DNA of 64,000 bases from Nitrososphaerota archaeon. Its GTDB lineage: Archaea; Thermoproteota; EX4484-205; JAAOZP01. Where the stretch lies: assembly GCA_011605725.1 (NCBI GenBank), contig JAAOZP010000012.1, forward strand, positions 216,821 through 280,820, written 5' to 3'. The notes under the pieces are model-generated. The model had not been told where the DNA came from, ran no database searches, and saw only the letters and a list, made by a program, of their open reading frames with translations. The stretch's first letter is position 1. Each line of letters begins with the position of its first letter. Below, in pieces: positions 37,342 to 47,257 of the stretch. A program made the translations under genes and the position numbers.

Positions 37342-38211
37342 ATGGTTTACAAAATAGGAATAGTTGGATCAGACAATTCCCACGCGATTACTTTTTCACA
37401 GATTGCAAACGGAATAGACCAGGAAAATTACGTCCCGGGTTTTCGAGTAACCTATCTCTTCGGGTTCGACGAAACTAGAAATAGAGAGGTTGCGGAGAAA
37501 GGCGGTATTGAAAAAATTGTTTCAGATATAAATGAGATGATTGGAAACATTGATATCGCGTTTATTGAATTTAGACACGGCGGGCTACATTTGGAATACG
37601 CTAAGCCATTCATAGAAAACAGGATTCCGGTTTTCGTGGATAAGCCGCTAGCAGCCACGGTAGCGGACGCTGTAAAAATCATCGAGTTAGCGAAGGAGAA
37701 ACAGACTCTTCTAACGAGCTTTTCAACCCTGAGGTTTACGGATGCTGTGCAAGACCTCAAAAAAATTTTTAGAAACGAGGAGCCGGTTTTCCTAAGCGTA
37801 CTAGGCCCGGGAGACCTTGAAAGCGAGTATGGCGGATTAATCTTCTACGGGGTGCATTGCACAGAGATTTTTAATGAGGTTGCGGGAACCGGAGTGAGAG
37901 AGGTCTATGCAACCATGAAGAATAAAAACATAATCGCGACGCTGATTCATGAGAAGTTGATTGGAACAATAAAGATCGCTCCTGAAATGCCCTATGTTTT
38001 TTCACTAGAAGGCCTAACTAAGAAAACCCATTTCTCAGCCAAGGTCGACTATAAGGATTGCTACAAGAAGGGGATGATGAAGATCAAGGAGATGCTTGAC
38101 AACAAGCAGTGGATTCTTTCAGGAGAAGAGATGCTTGAGCCAGTAGCAATCGTTAAAGCAATTGAGGAAAGCATTAGGGAATCGTCCAGAAAACCTGTCT
38201 TACAGCCTTAA
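37342..38211 (+). CDS. Gfo/Idh/MocA oxidoreductase
   Basis: IGIVGSDNSHA, FVDKPLA, SFSTLRF and FYGVH motifs. ORF track starts at 37297. Confidence 0.88.
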   Translation: MVYKIGIVGSDNSHAITFSQIANGIDQENYVPGFRVTYLFGFDETRNREVAEKGGIEKIVSDINEMIGNIDIAFIEFRHGGLHLEYAKPFIENRIPVFVDKPLAATVADAVKIIELAKEKQTLLTSFSTLRFTDAVQDLKKIFRNEEPVFLSVLGPGDLESEYGGLIFYGVHCTEIFNEVAGTGVREVYATMKNKNIIATLIHEKLIGTIKIAPEMPYVFSLEGLTKKTHFSAKVDYKDCYKKGMMKIKEMLDNKQWILSGEEMLEPVAIVKAIEESIRESSRKPVLQP

Positions 38212-38783
38212 CCCATTTTAACGCTTATCGAGACTCCTGCCCCAGTAGGTACTATGGCGGTTCTCCATATTCCATCAGAAGCCTCGTTTAGAAAATCCGC
38301 TATGGCCCCATACGGATGCTTAACGTTATGTGCGATTATCACTCCGCCTGTAAGGATCCTGCTCTTAATTAGGTTGAAAAACTCTAAGTATTGTTCTTTT
38401 TCAATATCCATGAAGACTAGATTCAGCCCAGTAACTTTCCCGACATACTTCAACGCATCTCCATTAACCGGTGTGATCAGATGCTCCAAACGATACTTGG
38501 CAACAAGCTCCTTGAGCCTTCTGAATCGTCGAATATTCTTCTCAACAGCATAGACATTACCATCAACCCCTGACTCTAAAATAGCTTTAGCAATCCATAC
38601 CGTTGAAAAACCTACGCCCGCACCAGCGTCCATGGCTTTCAAACATCCAAACCGTGTAGCCGTCAGAAAGGCTGTTGAGAAAAGCACGTAACCATCCTCC
38701 ATCCCTATCGCGGGAACCCCTAGGTCCTTAGAAGCATCGTGAGCCTCCAGAATAATATGGTTCCAAGCGTAATCTTCCCGCAT
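38208..38783 (-). CDS. SAM-dependent O-methyltransferase (Methyltransf_3-like)
   Basis: DAGAGVGFSTVWIA, GDAL, VFMDIEK.QY and GGVIIAHN motifs. Confidence 0.88.
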   Translation of the reverse strand: MREDYAWNHIILEAHDASKDLGVPAIGMEDGYVLFSTAFLTATRFGCLKAMDAGAGVGFSTVWIAKAILESGVDGNVYAVEKNIRRFRRLKELVAKYRLEHLITPVNGDALKYVGKVTGLNLVFMDIEKEQYLEFFNLIKSRILTGGVIIAHNVKHPYGAIADFLNEASDGIWRTAIVPTGAGVSISVKMG

Positions 38784-38839
38784 TGCTGCTCAGCATAGTC
38801 CATGGTTTAAACCTATAAACTTAGCGGAGGACTCGCAGA

Positions 38840-39211
38840 TTAATGTTTATGACGAGCCTGACGACAACCTTCAGTCAACTCTTCAAGCTCATCTTTAACA
38901 CAGGATGAAACCAGGTCTCTGACAATGTTTGAATTAGCTTTTAAGACAGCTATCTTCGCCTGCTGGAATATGGCCAGTGCCCTCGGCCCCATTCCGTAGG
39001 CGATTACTGCGTCAGGCTTAAGTTGCAGAATACGGTCAGCAGGCCGTCCTGTTCCTCCGAAATGTTCACCCTCATTGCGCACAGTCTCCTGCTTCAGGAT
39101 TTTACCCTCCTCATCCAGCTCAAAGACCATGAAGAAGGGAGCTCTGCCGAAATGTTCGGATAAGCGTGAATCCAAGCCACGATCATCCTCCACAGGCATT
39201 ATAATCCTCAT
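38840..39211 (-). CDS. NifB/NifX-family Fe-Mo cofactor-binding domain protein
   Basis: SEHFGRAPFF and GMGPRA motifs. Confidence 0.9.
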   Translation of the reverse strand: MRIIMPVEDDRGLDSRLSEHFGRAPFFMVFELDEEGKILKQETVRNEGEHFGGTGRPADRILQLKPDAVIAYGMGPRALAIFQQAKIAVLKANSNIVRDLVSSCVKDELEELTEGCRQARHKH

Positions 39212-39366
39212 TCCGAATCACCCCAGCTTAGATACTTGCACAATACACGATGTATATACGTCTTACTGTTAACTGACCATTCCCTAGGGTTTTCACCGAT
39301 TCTCCTGTTGGACTCCTTATCAGATCTCAGTCTTGAACAACCTCTATTCCCTTTTTCAAGTAACAC

Positions 39367-39810
39367 TTATTCTAGACAATTACTTAACTCCTTAAGCCTC
39401 TTGTTTACGTAAACGAGCTCCTCCTGGATAAGCCTCCTCTGTTCTTCAAGAAAAAGCCTCTCACGCTCCCTGTTTCCGGGAGTGAAGCAAACAGCATTGG
39501 CCCGGGCATCCATGCTCACCGCGGAGCCCGTGGAAACCATGGGCATATCCTTCAGAAGTGCTGAAAATATGACGCCAGTAGGCGGTGCCAGCCACCAGAA
39601 CCTGCCTGGCACATTATCACTCCCCTACTCACTGGCTTCCTTTACCGCTTTCTTCAAACCGTTTTATAACGGCTTCCAGCTGAGACTCCAAGATCTTGAC
39701 GAGTGAAGGCGGCATGCCTCCGGGAGCTGCCCAAACCATCTCGGATAGAAGCCGAACCTGACGCACCGGGGAGTCTGGTTAAGTAGGGAAGATTCCTGCG
39801 CCTCCATTTT
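39367..39810 (-). pseudogene. Two degraded DUF5320-like genes
   Basis: Broken frames WRRRNLPYLTRLPG/VRFGFYPRW...LESQLEAVIKRFEE and ICPWFPRAPR*AWMPG...ERLFLEEQRRLIQEEL, with stops and frameshifts. Confidence 0.6.
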
Positions 39811-39888
39811 TGTGATTATGCATATTTTACATGAATAACGAGACTATGCACAAATATATAAATATTGCGGCTCGGAAGCTAATGAGCA

Positions 39889-40224
39889 ATGTATAGGAGG
39901 AGACACAGGCACGGTCAAAGAGGAAGAATGCCCAAACCAGTATGGCTGGGGGTTATTCCACCGATTACCGGACTAGACCCCGTTGGGACACAGGGAAAAC
40001 CTGATCCTGTCTACTTAGAGCCTGATGAACTTGAAGCCATGAGGCTCGTTGACCTAGAGGGGCTTTCGCAGGAGGAGGCAGGAGAGAGAATGGGGGTCTC
40101 AAGAGGAACCGTATGGAGGCTTTTGCAGAGTGCTAGGAGAAAGACTGCTCAAGCGCTCAGCGAAGGCAGGCCGATACGCATAGGGACGCCTCTTCAACAA
40201 ACTTGTTTAGAGGAAAACGCTTGA
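39889..40224 (+). CDS. DUF134-family HTH DNA-binding protein
   Basis: RGR.PK, ELEAMRLVDLEGLSQEEAGERMGVSRGT..R.L.SAR.K.A.AL.EG. Confidence 0.93.
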   Translation: MYRRRHRHGQRGRMPKPVWLGVIPPITGLDPVGTQGKPDPVYLEPDELEAMRLVDLEGLSQEEAGERMGVSRGTVWRLLQSARRKTAQALSEGRPIRIGTPLQQTCLEENA

Positions 40225-40264
40225 CTGCGGCAAAACGTTACACCCTGTTTTCAAACAACTCTAA

Positions 40265-41398
40265 CTATCTGAACACTCTTTTCCATTCGTCAAGAATTTC
40301 GCGTGCAGTTTTAAAGCTATCCACACCTATAGAGAATATGACTCCGGTTTTATCTTCAAGAGAACTAGACACTCGCTTAACCCAGGACTCTGGCTTCTCG
40401 CCTTCCTGGGGACCATCAGTCCACACTAGGCATACGCGCCTACTTTGAAACAATTCTACTGTTTCTTTTAAGCTGTAGAACTTGGAAGGACTTCCAAAGA
40501 AGAATGCTTTAAAGACCCTGCTTGACAAGATTGGTTCAAGAACCTGTCTGCCGTCTGAAGCCTCGCTGCAGCAGAAGTGACCCATGCCTCCATCAAACGG
40601 TTTCAGCGAGAACTCGTTAACGGGGATGCAGAACTTTCTGTATTGAGCCGGGTTCATCATGACAGCAACGTCTTCGCATAGTCTAACACCGCCTTTATCC
40701 ATCCACACGTTAGGCGTTCCGTGAAAACCCTGGTTAAGAGGCTCGTTGACGATTTTCTTCTGTTCAAGTGAGAAGTCAACATACACTTCGGCAACCCTCT
40801 TAAGGAGCTCTATCGCAAAATCCGGGTGACGGTAGAAGTCGCTCAGCAGCTTCGGTCCTCTGAGAAGGTAGGCTATGTCTAACGGACCCTGAGTGTCGCA
40901 CAAGTATACTCTTACCCCTGTCCCATCAAGTTTTTTAACGAAATATTCTTCTGTTTCGATAACGCGTGTCATCAAGCTTTGACGAGACCAAGGGTCCTTC
41001 AGCTCCCCAAGCTCTGGAGGATCCTTTTTTAAAATGGGCTCTTTAACCCACGGCATCTGGTCGGAGCCAGGATGCACAACTACCTCGCTTCCGAAGCCAT
41101 TCGGCACTATGCCCACACCATAATTAGCTCTTACACATGGCATGCCATCATCCTGTAAGAGTGCATGAGAATACACTGAAGCCAGTTGCGATACGAGCAT
41201 CTTATCCATATCGTAATACGTCTCGAAATACTTAAAGATGGGCCATGATTCCGGCGGAGGACAGTTGATGATTAAGGGAGGGCTTTCTACCTGTTTAAAG
41301 TTCCATGCTGCAGCAATCCTGCTTTTTGCTTCTTCTACTCTCCTAAGATCTAATTTAGAGCTTACCTTTTTAACCCATTTTTCTACATCAATGTTCAA
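40265..41398 (-). CDS. Uroporphyrinogen decarboxylase-superfamily (MtaA/CmuA-like) protein
   Basis: DTQGPLDIAYLLRG, CED...MM.P..Y..F..P and HFC motifs. Confidence 0.75.
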   Translation of the reverse strand: MNIDVEKWVKKVSSKLDLRRVEEAKSRIAAAWNFKQVESPPLIINCPPPESWPIFKYFETYYDMDKMLVSQLASVYSHALLQDDGMPCVRANYGVGIVPNGFGSEVVVHPGSDQMPWVKEPILKKDPPELGELKDPWSRQSLMTRVIETEEYFVKKLDGTGVRVYLCDTQGPLDIAYLLRGPKLLSDFYRHPDFAIELLKRVAEVYVDFSLEQKKIVNEPLNQGFHGTPNVWMDKGGVRLCEDVAVMMNPAQYRKFCIPVNEFSLKPFDGGMGHFCCSEASDGRQVLEPILSSRVFKAFFFGSPSKFYSLKETVELFQSRRVCLVWTDGPQEGEKPESWVKRVSSSLEDKTGVIFSIGVDSFKTAREILDEWKRVFR

Positions 41399-41482
41399 GG
41401 CAGACAGAAAAAAACTTTAGACGTTATTTAAGCTTTAAGACTAGGAAAAATTTATATTGTTTAAGCTTTAAGCAATAGAATC

Positions 41483-42232
41483 ATGAGTATCTTAAAGATT
41501 GGTGCTCAGTTAATCATCTGGGGGACGAAACCAAGCGAGAACCTTGATAGCGTTCTCACAGAAGTAAAAGAAGCAGGATATGAGGGAATAGAAACCTCCC
41601 CCGAGATAGTTTCTAAAGACATCATTAAAACGAAGAGGCTTCTGCGTGAAAATAGTTTAAGACTAGTCGCGTTACACATGGGTGTTGGAGACATCAGTCA
41701 GGTTGAACAAGCAGCAAAGCTTTTAGAGGAACTTGATGGAGAATACTTGACTTTCAGCGGTCCTGGTGGGAAAGGCTCAGAGGAGGATTATTTAAAGTGT
41801 GCAGAATTTTTAAATAAGGCGGGGAAGATCTGCAGGGAACACGGGATTAAAACCTGCTACCATAACCATGGGCACGAGATAGCTAATGATCAAAGAGGCA
41901 TTGGACTGATCATGCATAACACTGAACCAGAGCTGGTCGGACTTTGCGTCGACACCTACTGGGTTAAATTCGGAGGAGCAGATCCACTTGAGTTCATCAA
42001 GGCTAATAGGGAAAGAATTGTTTATCTGCATTTAAAAGACGGTTCAGAGGAAGACATGAGGAACAGAAGATTCTCTGAACTTGGAAGAGGATCTGTTAAT
42101 TTCCCCGCTATACTCAGTTTCGTAACTCAGCTTGGCTTAAAATGGGTTGTCGTTGAACAAGATTGGACTCGTGGAGATCCTTTTAAAAGCATGTCTGAGA
42201 GCAGGAGCTATCTTAGGAAAATCGGATATTAG
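41483..42232 (+). CDS. Sugar phosphate isomerase/epimerase (IolE-like)
   Basis: YHNHGHE, VDTYW, LHLKD, ELGRG.V.F and VVEQD motifs. Confidence 0.9.
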   Translation: MSILKIGAQLIIWGTKPSENLDSVLTEVKEAGYEGIETSPEIVSKDIIKTKRLLRENSLRLVALHMGVGDISQVEQAAKLLEELDGEYLTFSGPGGKGSEEDYLKCAEFLNKAGKICREHGIKTCYHNHGHEIANDQRGIGLIMHNTEPELVGLCVDTYWVKFGGADPLEFIKANRERIVYLHLKDGSEEDMRNRRFSELGRGSVNFPAILSFVTQLGLKWVVVEQDWTRGDPFKSMSESRSYLRKIGY

Positions 42233-42310
42233 CCGTAGGCCTGCATGAGGGTGCCGAAATAATACGTGGGTAAAAACATAAATATGCTTTCACGGTTTCA
42301 CGAGGAGAGA

Positions 42311-43069
42311 ATGATAAAGATCGGTTGTGCAGCATACTCCTACAGGGATTATCTTAAGGATGGGAGAATGAGCTATGAGGATTTCATTGAGGAAGCCTAT
42401 AAAATTGGTCTAGACGGGGTGGAGATGACGCTTTACTGGCTTCCTTCAAAAGAGCCCGCATACCTTAGAAACCTTAAGAGGATCGCGCTTTCACAAGGAC
42501 TCTACATTTCATGCGCTGGAATCTCAACCAACTTTTGCAGCCCAGATCCTCTTGAAAGAGAAAGAATGATTAGGGCTGTTGAAGAAGGGTTGAGAATTGC
42601 CCGTGAGCTCGGTGCCCCTGCTTTACGGGTTTTCGGCGGCTATGTGCCGGAAGGGTATTCAGAGAAGCAAGCGGCGCAGTGGGTGGTGGAAGCCTTAAGC
42701 AGATGCATAACCTATGCAGAGGAAAACGGTGTTGTAATAGCTTTGGAGAATCATGGGGGTGTTACGACTAGGGCGGATAATGTAGTGAGAATAGTGGAGA
42801 GCGTTGATTCACCGTGGTTAAGGGTCAATCTAGACCTTGGCAACTATAAGGAGTCAACGTATGAGGATATCGCAAAGACCATTCCATACACAGTACATAT
42901 TCATGGTAAAGTAAGTGTCTCGGGAAACACTAAGGTGGACTATGAGAAAATAAAGAGGATCCTCGTAGAAAATGGTTACAACGGGTTCATCTCCATAGAG
43001 TATGAGGAGAAAGAGGATCCCAAAATAGGAGTTCCTGAGTTTGCAAAATATCTTTTAAGGCTGTTTTAG
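42311..43069 (+). CDS. Sugar phosphate isomerase/epimerase
   Basis: AYSYR, RVFGG, LENHGG, NLDLGN and SIEYE motifs. ORF track starts at 42266. Confidence 0.9.
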   Translation: MIKIGCAAYSYRDYLKDGRMSYEDFIEEAYKIGLDGVEMTLYWLPSKEPAYLRNLKRIALSQGLYISCAGISTNFCSPDPLERERMIRAVEEGLRIARELGAPALRVFGGYVPEGYSEKQAAQWVVEALSRCITYAEENGVVIALENHGGVTTRADNVVRIVESVDSPWLRVNLDLGNYKESTYEDIAKTIPYTVHIHGKVSVSGNTKVDYEKIKRILVENGYNGFISIEYEEKEDPKIGVPEFAKYLLRLF

Positions 43070-43088
43070 GTTGTCGGAGGAGGTTTTT

Positions 43089-44150
43089 ATGAGCAGCCGG
43101 GTGAAGGTGGGGATCTCTGGACTTGGAAGAAGCGGGTGGGATATTCATGCTGATGCGCTTGAGAAATGCTCCAGCATGTATAAAGTTGTTGCAGTCTTTG
43201 ATCCTCTTGAGGAGAGAAGGAAGGAAGCTGTTAACAGGTTCGGTTGCAAAGCATATACTGATTTTAGCTCACTCGTAAAAGATGAAGATGTGGAACTAGT
43301 AGTTGTAGCAACACCGAGCCACCTTCATGCTTCTCAAACAATAGAAGCGTTGGAATCCGGCAAAAATGTTGTATGCGAGAAACCGATGGCAACAAGTCTT
43401 GGTGAAGTAGACGAGATGATAAGGGCTGCAAAGGAGGCTAGAAGAATCTTAACGGTTTTCCAGAACAAGAGATACACTCCAGACTTTCTAAAGGTTAGGG
43501 AGATAGTTAGGTCCGGTAAGCTTGGACGCCTAGTGCTTGTAAAAATATATTTACACTCTTTCGGAAGACGTTGGGATTGGCAGACTTTGAAAAGGTTTGG
43601 AGGAGGAGAACTAAACAATAATGCTTCTCATCTTATAGATCAGGCAGTTCAACTCGTTGGGGAGGAGGTTGAAGTACTTTTCTGCGATTTACAGAGGACC
43701 CTAACTTTAGGTGACGCGGAGGACCATGTTAAAATAATCCTCGGAGGACCAGGTTCCACAAAGATTGATATTGAGGTTACTCGTGCATGTGCCTACCCTC
43801 AGAACTATTGGCTTATAATGGGGACTCAAGGAGGCCTCTTCGGAAATGGGAATTCAGTGAGATGGAAGTATTTTGACCCTAAGGACCTTCCTCCAAGGCA
43901 GGTTGAAACCAGACCTACCCCAGACCGTAGCTACAATTGGGAGGAAATACCTTGGAAAGAAGAAGAATGGTTTCTGGATGAGAATGCTAAGCGGGGAGAA
44001 ATCCTGTTTTACGAGGAACTTTATAAAACGCTACGTGAAGGAGCACCCCTAGCTGTTACTCCTGAAAGTGTTCGTAAAGTTATGTATATAATTGAAAAGT
44101 GCCGCGAGCAGTATGAAAACACGTGGTTGGCTGAATACCCCAAAAAATAA
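43089..44150 (+). CDS. Gfo/Idh/MocA oxidoreductase
   Basis: GLGRSGWDIH, CEKPMA, FQNKRY, RRWDWQT..FGGG.L.N..SH.IDQ. ORF track starts at 43071. Confidence 0.92.
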   Translation: MSSRVKVGISGLGRSGWDIHADALEKCSSMYKVVAVFDPLEERRKEAVNRFGCKAYTDFSSLVKDEDVELVVVATPSHLHASQTIEALESGKNVVCEKPMATSLGEVDEMIRAAKEARRILTVFQNKRYTPDFLKVREIVRSGKLGRLVLVKIYLHSFGRRWDWQTLKRFGGGELNNNASHLIDQAVQLVGEEVEVLFCDLQRTLTLGDAEDHVKIILGGPGSTKIDIEVTRACAYPQNYWLIMGTQGGLFGNGNSVRWKYFDPKDLPPRQVETRPTPDRSYNWEEIPWKEEEWFLDENAKRGEILFYEELYKTLREGAPLAVTPESVRKVMYIIEKCREQYENTWLAEYPKK

Positions 44151-44185
44151 ATAGGAGCTTAAACCATCTTCCTCTTCACATAGAA

Positions 44186-45022
44186 ATGATGGTCACATCA
44201 GCTGGAGTACGGCGACCCCTGGACCTCTCCAGGATCGTAATAGACCTGGAGCAGAAAACTTACTTCATCACTCTTAACATATCCAATAAGAGCGGTGCAC
44301 TGGCATCCTTCCTTTCAATACTTAAAAAACACAATTTAAATCTGATCGGAATTATCAGTGAAACCATCTCTCGCAAAGAAGAAATCGAGATTTCGATGTT
44401 TTTAGAGGCCCCGGTGAAAATGGGGCGAGAAGAGCTTGAGAAGCTTCTTACAGAAGAAATAGCCAAGGAAAAAATAGATGTTGTAAGAGGGATAAAGATA
44501 TTTGAACATTTAGAAGGCTATGATGCAGATGTTTACCACTTCCCCCTTACCATGGGAGATATGAGAGCAGTAATTTTCCCTATGAACGTTCTAGAGAGCC
44601 TTATAGCAGGTATTAGAAAAACCTTTGACACCCCGGTTGTTCAAACAATGCTGTGGTACCAAGGGAGGGAGATCGGCAAAAATATGTTAGAATTATGTAG
44701 AGAAAAATATGGAGTAACAGGTATAAGGGCTTTAGAATTTCTTAAGACAAGAGCCTTGATACTTGGATGGGCTCTTATAGAAACCTCTGAATTTGATGAA
44801 AAAATGAAGAAAGCAAGAATTAGAGTTTTTGAGAACTGGGAGTGCCTCATGTTCAAAGACAGTAATGTACCACAGAGTCATTTCTTAAGAGGCTTTTTAG
44901 CAGGTTTCTTCAGCTCCCTCTTCGAGGTGGAGGTAGAGGTTTCGGAAGCGGCCTGCATATCAAAAGGGGATCCTTATTGCGAATTCGTCGTGCAGAAGAA
45001 GGGGGAAACGGTTAAATCGTAG
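44186..45022 (+). CDS. ACT + V4R (4VR) ligand-binding domain protein
   Basis: N-terminal NKSGALASFLSILKKHNLNL (ACT-like); C-terminal LGW, WEC, HFLRGFLAG and E..CISKGDPYCEF (V4R). Confidence 0.82.
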   Translation: MMVTSAGVRRPLDLSRIVIDLEQKTYFITLNISNKSGALASFLSILKKHNLNLIGIISETISRKEEIEISMFLEAPVKMGREELEKLLTEEIAKEKIDVVRGIKIFEHLEGYDADVYHFPLTMGDMRAVIFPMNVLESLIAGIRKTFDTPVVQTMLWYQGREIGKNMLELCREKYGVTGIRALEFLKTRALILGWALIETSEFDEKMKKARIRVFENWECLMFKDSNVPQSHFLRGFLAGFFSSLFEVEVEVSEAACISKGDPYCEFVVQKKGETVKS

Positions 45023-45029
45023 AAAACGT

Positions 45030-45037
45030 CGCGCGCT
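45030..45037. repeat. Palindrome copy CGCGCGCT
   Basis: Seen directly; just after the stop codon of the V4R gene. Confidence 0.88.
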
Positions 45038-45117
45038 TATCAGATTATCGTTTCAAGCATAAGGCTAAACTTAGAGAATGATATTGGCGGTTATGCCGCA
45101 TGCCCAGCTGCTCAGCG

Positions 45118-45876
45118 TCAATCTTTTAAGCAGTTCCTAATCCTGTGCAGGACCTCGGTGGCAGCCATCCTCATAAACCCTAGGTCGCTGCCCACGTTTA
45201 CCAGTCTGAAACCCAGTCCTATATGTTCCTCAGCATCTTTAGGATTGGACGCTATCCCAGGACATACTTTGGTTCCAACATGCGTCTTGACCACGTACCT
45301 TATTGCCTCAACGACTTCCGGGTCATTAGGATTACCCAAGTGGCCTAGGGAAGCCGATAAGTCTGCTGGCCCAACTATCGTGCCGTCTACGCCAGGAGTG
45401 GAGATTATCTCCCTAAGATTTTTCAAAGCATCGCTCGTCTCTATTTGAACAACAACCACCACTTTCTCGTTAGCCTCTTTAACATACTCGGCGAAACCCC
45501 TATACCATACTGGCCTCCTGGGACCACATCCCCTAACCCCCTCCGGAGGATACTTGCAGGCCGCCACCGCTCTCCTAGCCTCATCCCTATTGTTGACCCA
45601 TGGAACTATAACTCCTGTAGGACCTAGGTCAAGAGCCCTCTTTATGTAGACAGGGTCATTCCAAGGAACCCTGATCAGGGTTGCGGCTTCAGACCTGTTG
45701 ACGGCTTGAAGTATTGTTTGAACATTCTTGTAATCAAGAGGACAGTGCTCCATGTCTATCCAGAACCAGTCGAACCCTAAAGTACTCATGAGCTCCGCAA
45801 CATCAGGCTCAGGAGTCTCTATCATTGAGCCTATCAAAACTTCTCCATTCTTCATCCTCTCCTTAAAGCTACTCAT
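45118..45876 (-). CDS. HpcH/HpaI-family aldolase
   Basis: IDMEH, RVP, ALDLG, YPPEGVRG, QIET and GPADLS motifs. Confidence 0.94.
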   Translation of the reverse strand: MSSFKERMKNGEVLIGSMIETPEPDVAELMSTLGFDWFWIDMEHCPLDYKNVQTILQAVNRSEAATLIRVPWNDPVYIKRALDLGPTGVIVPWVNNRDEARRAVAACKYPPEGVRGCGPRRPVWYRGFAEYVKEANEKVVVVVQIETSDALKNLREIISTPGVDGTIVGPADLSASLGHLGNPNDPEVVEAIRYVVKTHVGTKVCPGIASNPKDAEEHIGLGFRLVNVGSDLGFMRMAATEVLHRIRNCLKD

Positions 45877-45944
45877 ACCTAATCGTGTAAGCCCAGCTTA
45901 CGGCTCCTAAAAGCTTTTTTACTTGCGGTTAAACGTGGAAAACC

Positions 45945-47102
45945 GTGGACCCGGTGACGCCTAGAGAAAGGTTTCTCAAAGTAGCCCTGTTTAAAAGCCC
46001 CGACAAGATACCGCTCTGGGGCGTTGGGAGCGTTAGGCCAGCCACGCTGAGAAGCTGGATTAAGCAGGGTCTTCCGGAAAACTCTGATCTCGCTGAATAC
46101 CTGGGCGCTAAGGGCTGCGAGGTAGGAGCCATTAGCGTATCATCCTACCCGAGTGAGGGATTTGAATGGAAGCCTGATCCAAGTTTGATCGATCTAGGGC
46201 CAAGGCCGGCGTTCGAGTACAGGATAATAAGGGAGGATGAGAGACGCAGGATTTGGGTTGACAGCTTGGGTATAACGCAGATAGGGTTTCAGGAAGACTG
46301 GAGAAACGGTTGGAGCGGCTTTGCGACGAGAAGCTGGGTCGACTTCCCAGTTAAGAATCGTGAAGACTTTCTGAGGATTAAGAAGCGTTACAACCCTAGG
46401 GATGCTGAGAGATATCCGAGGAATTGGGATTCGCTGGTTAAGAAATACGCGAATAGGGACTACCCGTTATGCGTGAACATTAGGGGGCCCTTCTGGTGGA
46501 CTAGAGACATGGTTGGCTTGAAAGGGATTGCGCTTGGGATCCACAGGTATCCTGAGCTGATAAAGGAAATCATGGATTTCTGCGCAGAGTTTCAAACAGG
46601 AGTCTTGCACAGGGCTTTGGATGATTTAGACGTAGACTTCGTGATCATAAGTGAAGACATGGCTTACAAGAACGGGCCGATGATAGGGCCTGAAGCCGTG
46701 AAAGAATTCATGAGCACAGCCTACCACGAAATAGCTAAGTTCTTCCGAGAACATGGTGTTAAAATCCTAATAGTTGATAGTGACGGAAACGTTGATCTCC
46801 TAATACCTATTTGGCTCAAGCTAGGTTTAAACGGTGTAATGCCGTGTGAAGTAGCAGCAGGCATGGATGTTGTTAAGCTCGGTGAGAAATACCCGGACTT
46901 AATCATGATAGGCGGGATAGATAAGAGGGAGCTTGCTAAAGATAAAGAATCTGTGAAGAAGGAGGTTGAATACAGGGTTCCCCCGCTCGTGAAGAGAGGA
47001 GGATACTTCCCCGGGGTTGACCATGCTGTGCCTGCCGACGTGCCCCTTGAAAACTACAAGTATTTCGTTTCGCTTTTAAAGAATCACTGTGGATGGCAGT
47101 AA
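45945..47102 (+). CDS. Uroporphyrinogen decarboxylase-superfamily protein
   Basis: EDMAYKNGPMI.P, DSDG, P.EVAAGMD, GGIDK and DH.VP motifs. Confidence 0.85.
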   Translation: MDPVTPRERFLKVALFKSPDKIPLWGVGSVRPATLRSWIKQGLPENSDLAEYLGAKGCEVGAISVSSYPSEGFEWKPDPSLIDLGPRPAFEYRIIREDERRRIWVDSLGITQIGFQEDWRNGWSGFATRSWVDFPVKNREDFLRIKKRYNPRDAERYPRNWDSLVKKYANRDYPLCVNIRGPFWWTRDMVGLKGIALGIHRYPELIKEIMDFCAEFQTGVLHRALDDLDVDFVIISEDMAYKNGPMIGPEAVKEFMSTAYHEIAKFFREHGVKILIVDSDGNVDLLIPIWLKLGLNGVMPCEVAAGMDVVKLGEKYPDLIMIGGIDKRELAKDKESVKKEVEYRVPPLVKRGGYFPGVDHAVPADVPLENYKYFVSLLKNHCGWQ

Positions 47103-47257
47103 TTTTAGTCATCCGCGAATTAGATTTTTACGTGTCAATGGCTCAATCTATTTTGGATGCGCAGCGAGAAGCCTCTTCAAATATTTTGTATTGCAGCCAT
47201 TCCTGTAAAAACTGGCCGTAATTGGGAGGTGAACCGGAATCCTGATTGCCAACAGTA

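Noticed and set aside
38840-39211. Nitrogen fixation gene
   Set aside because: Stand-alone NifX-like domains are common in non-diazotrophs, and no nifHDK genes are present.
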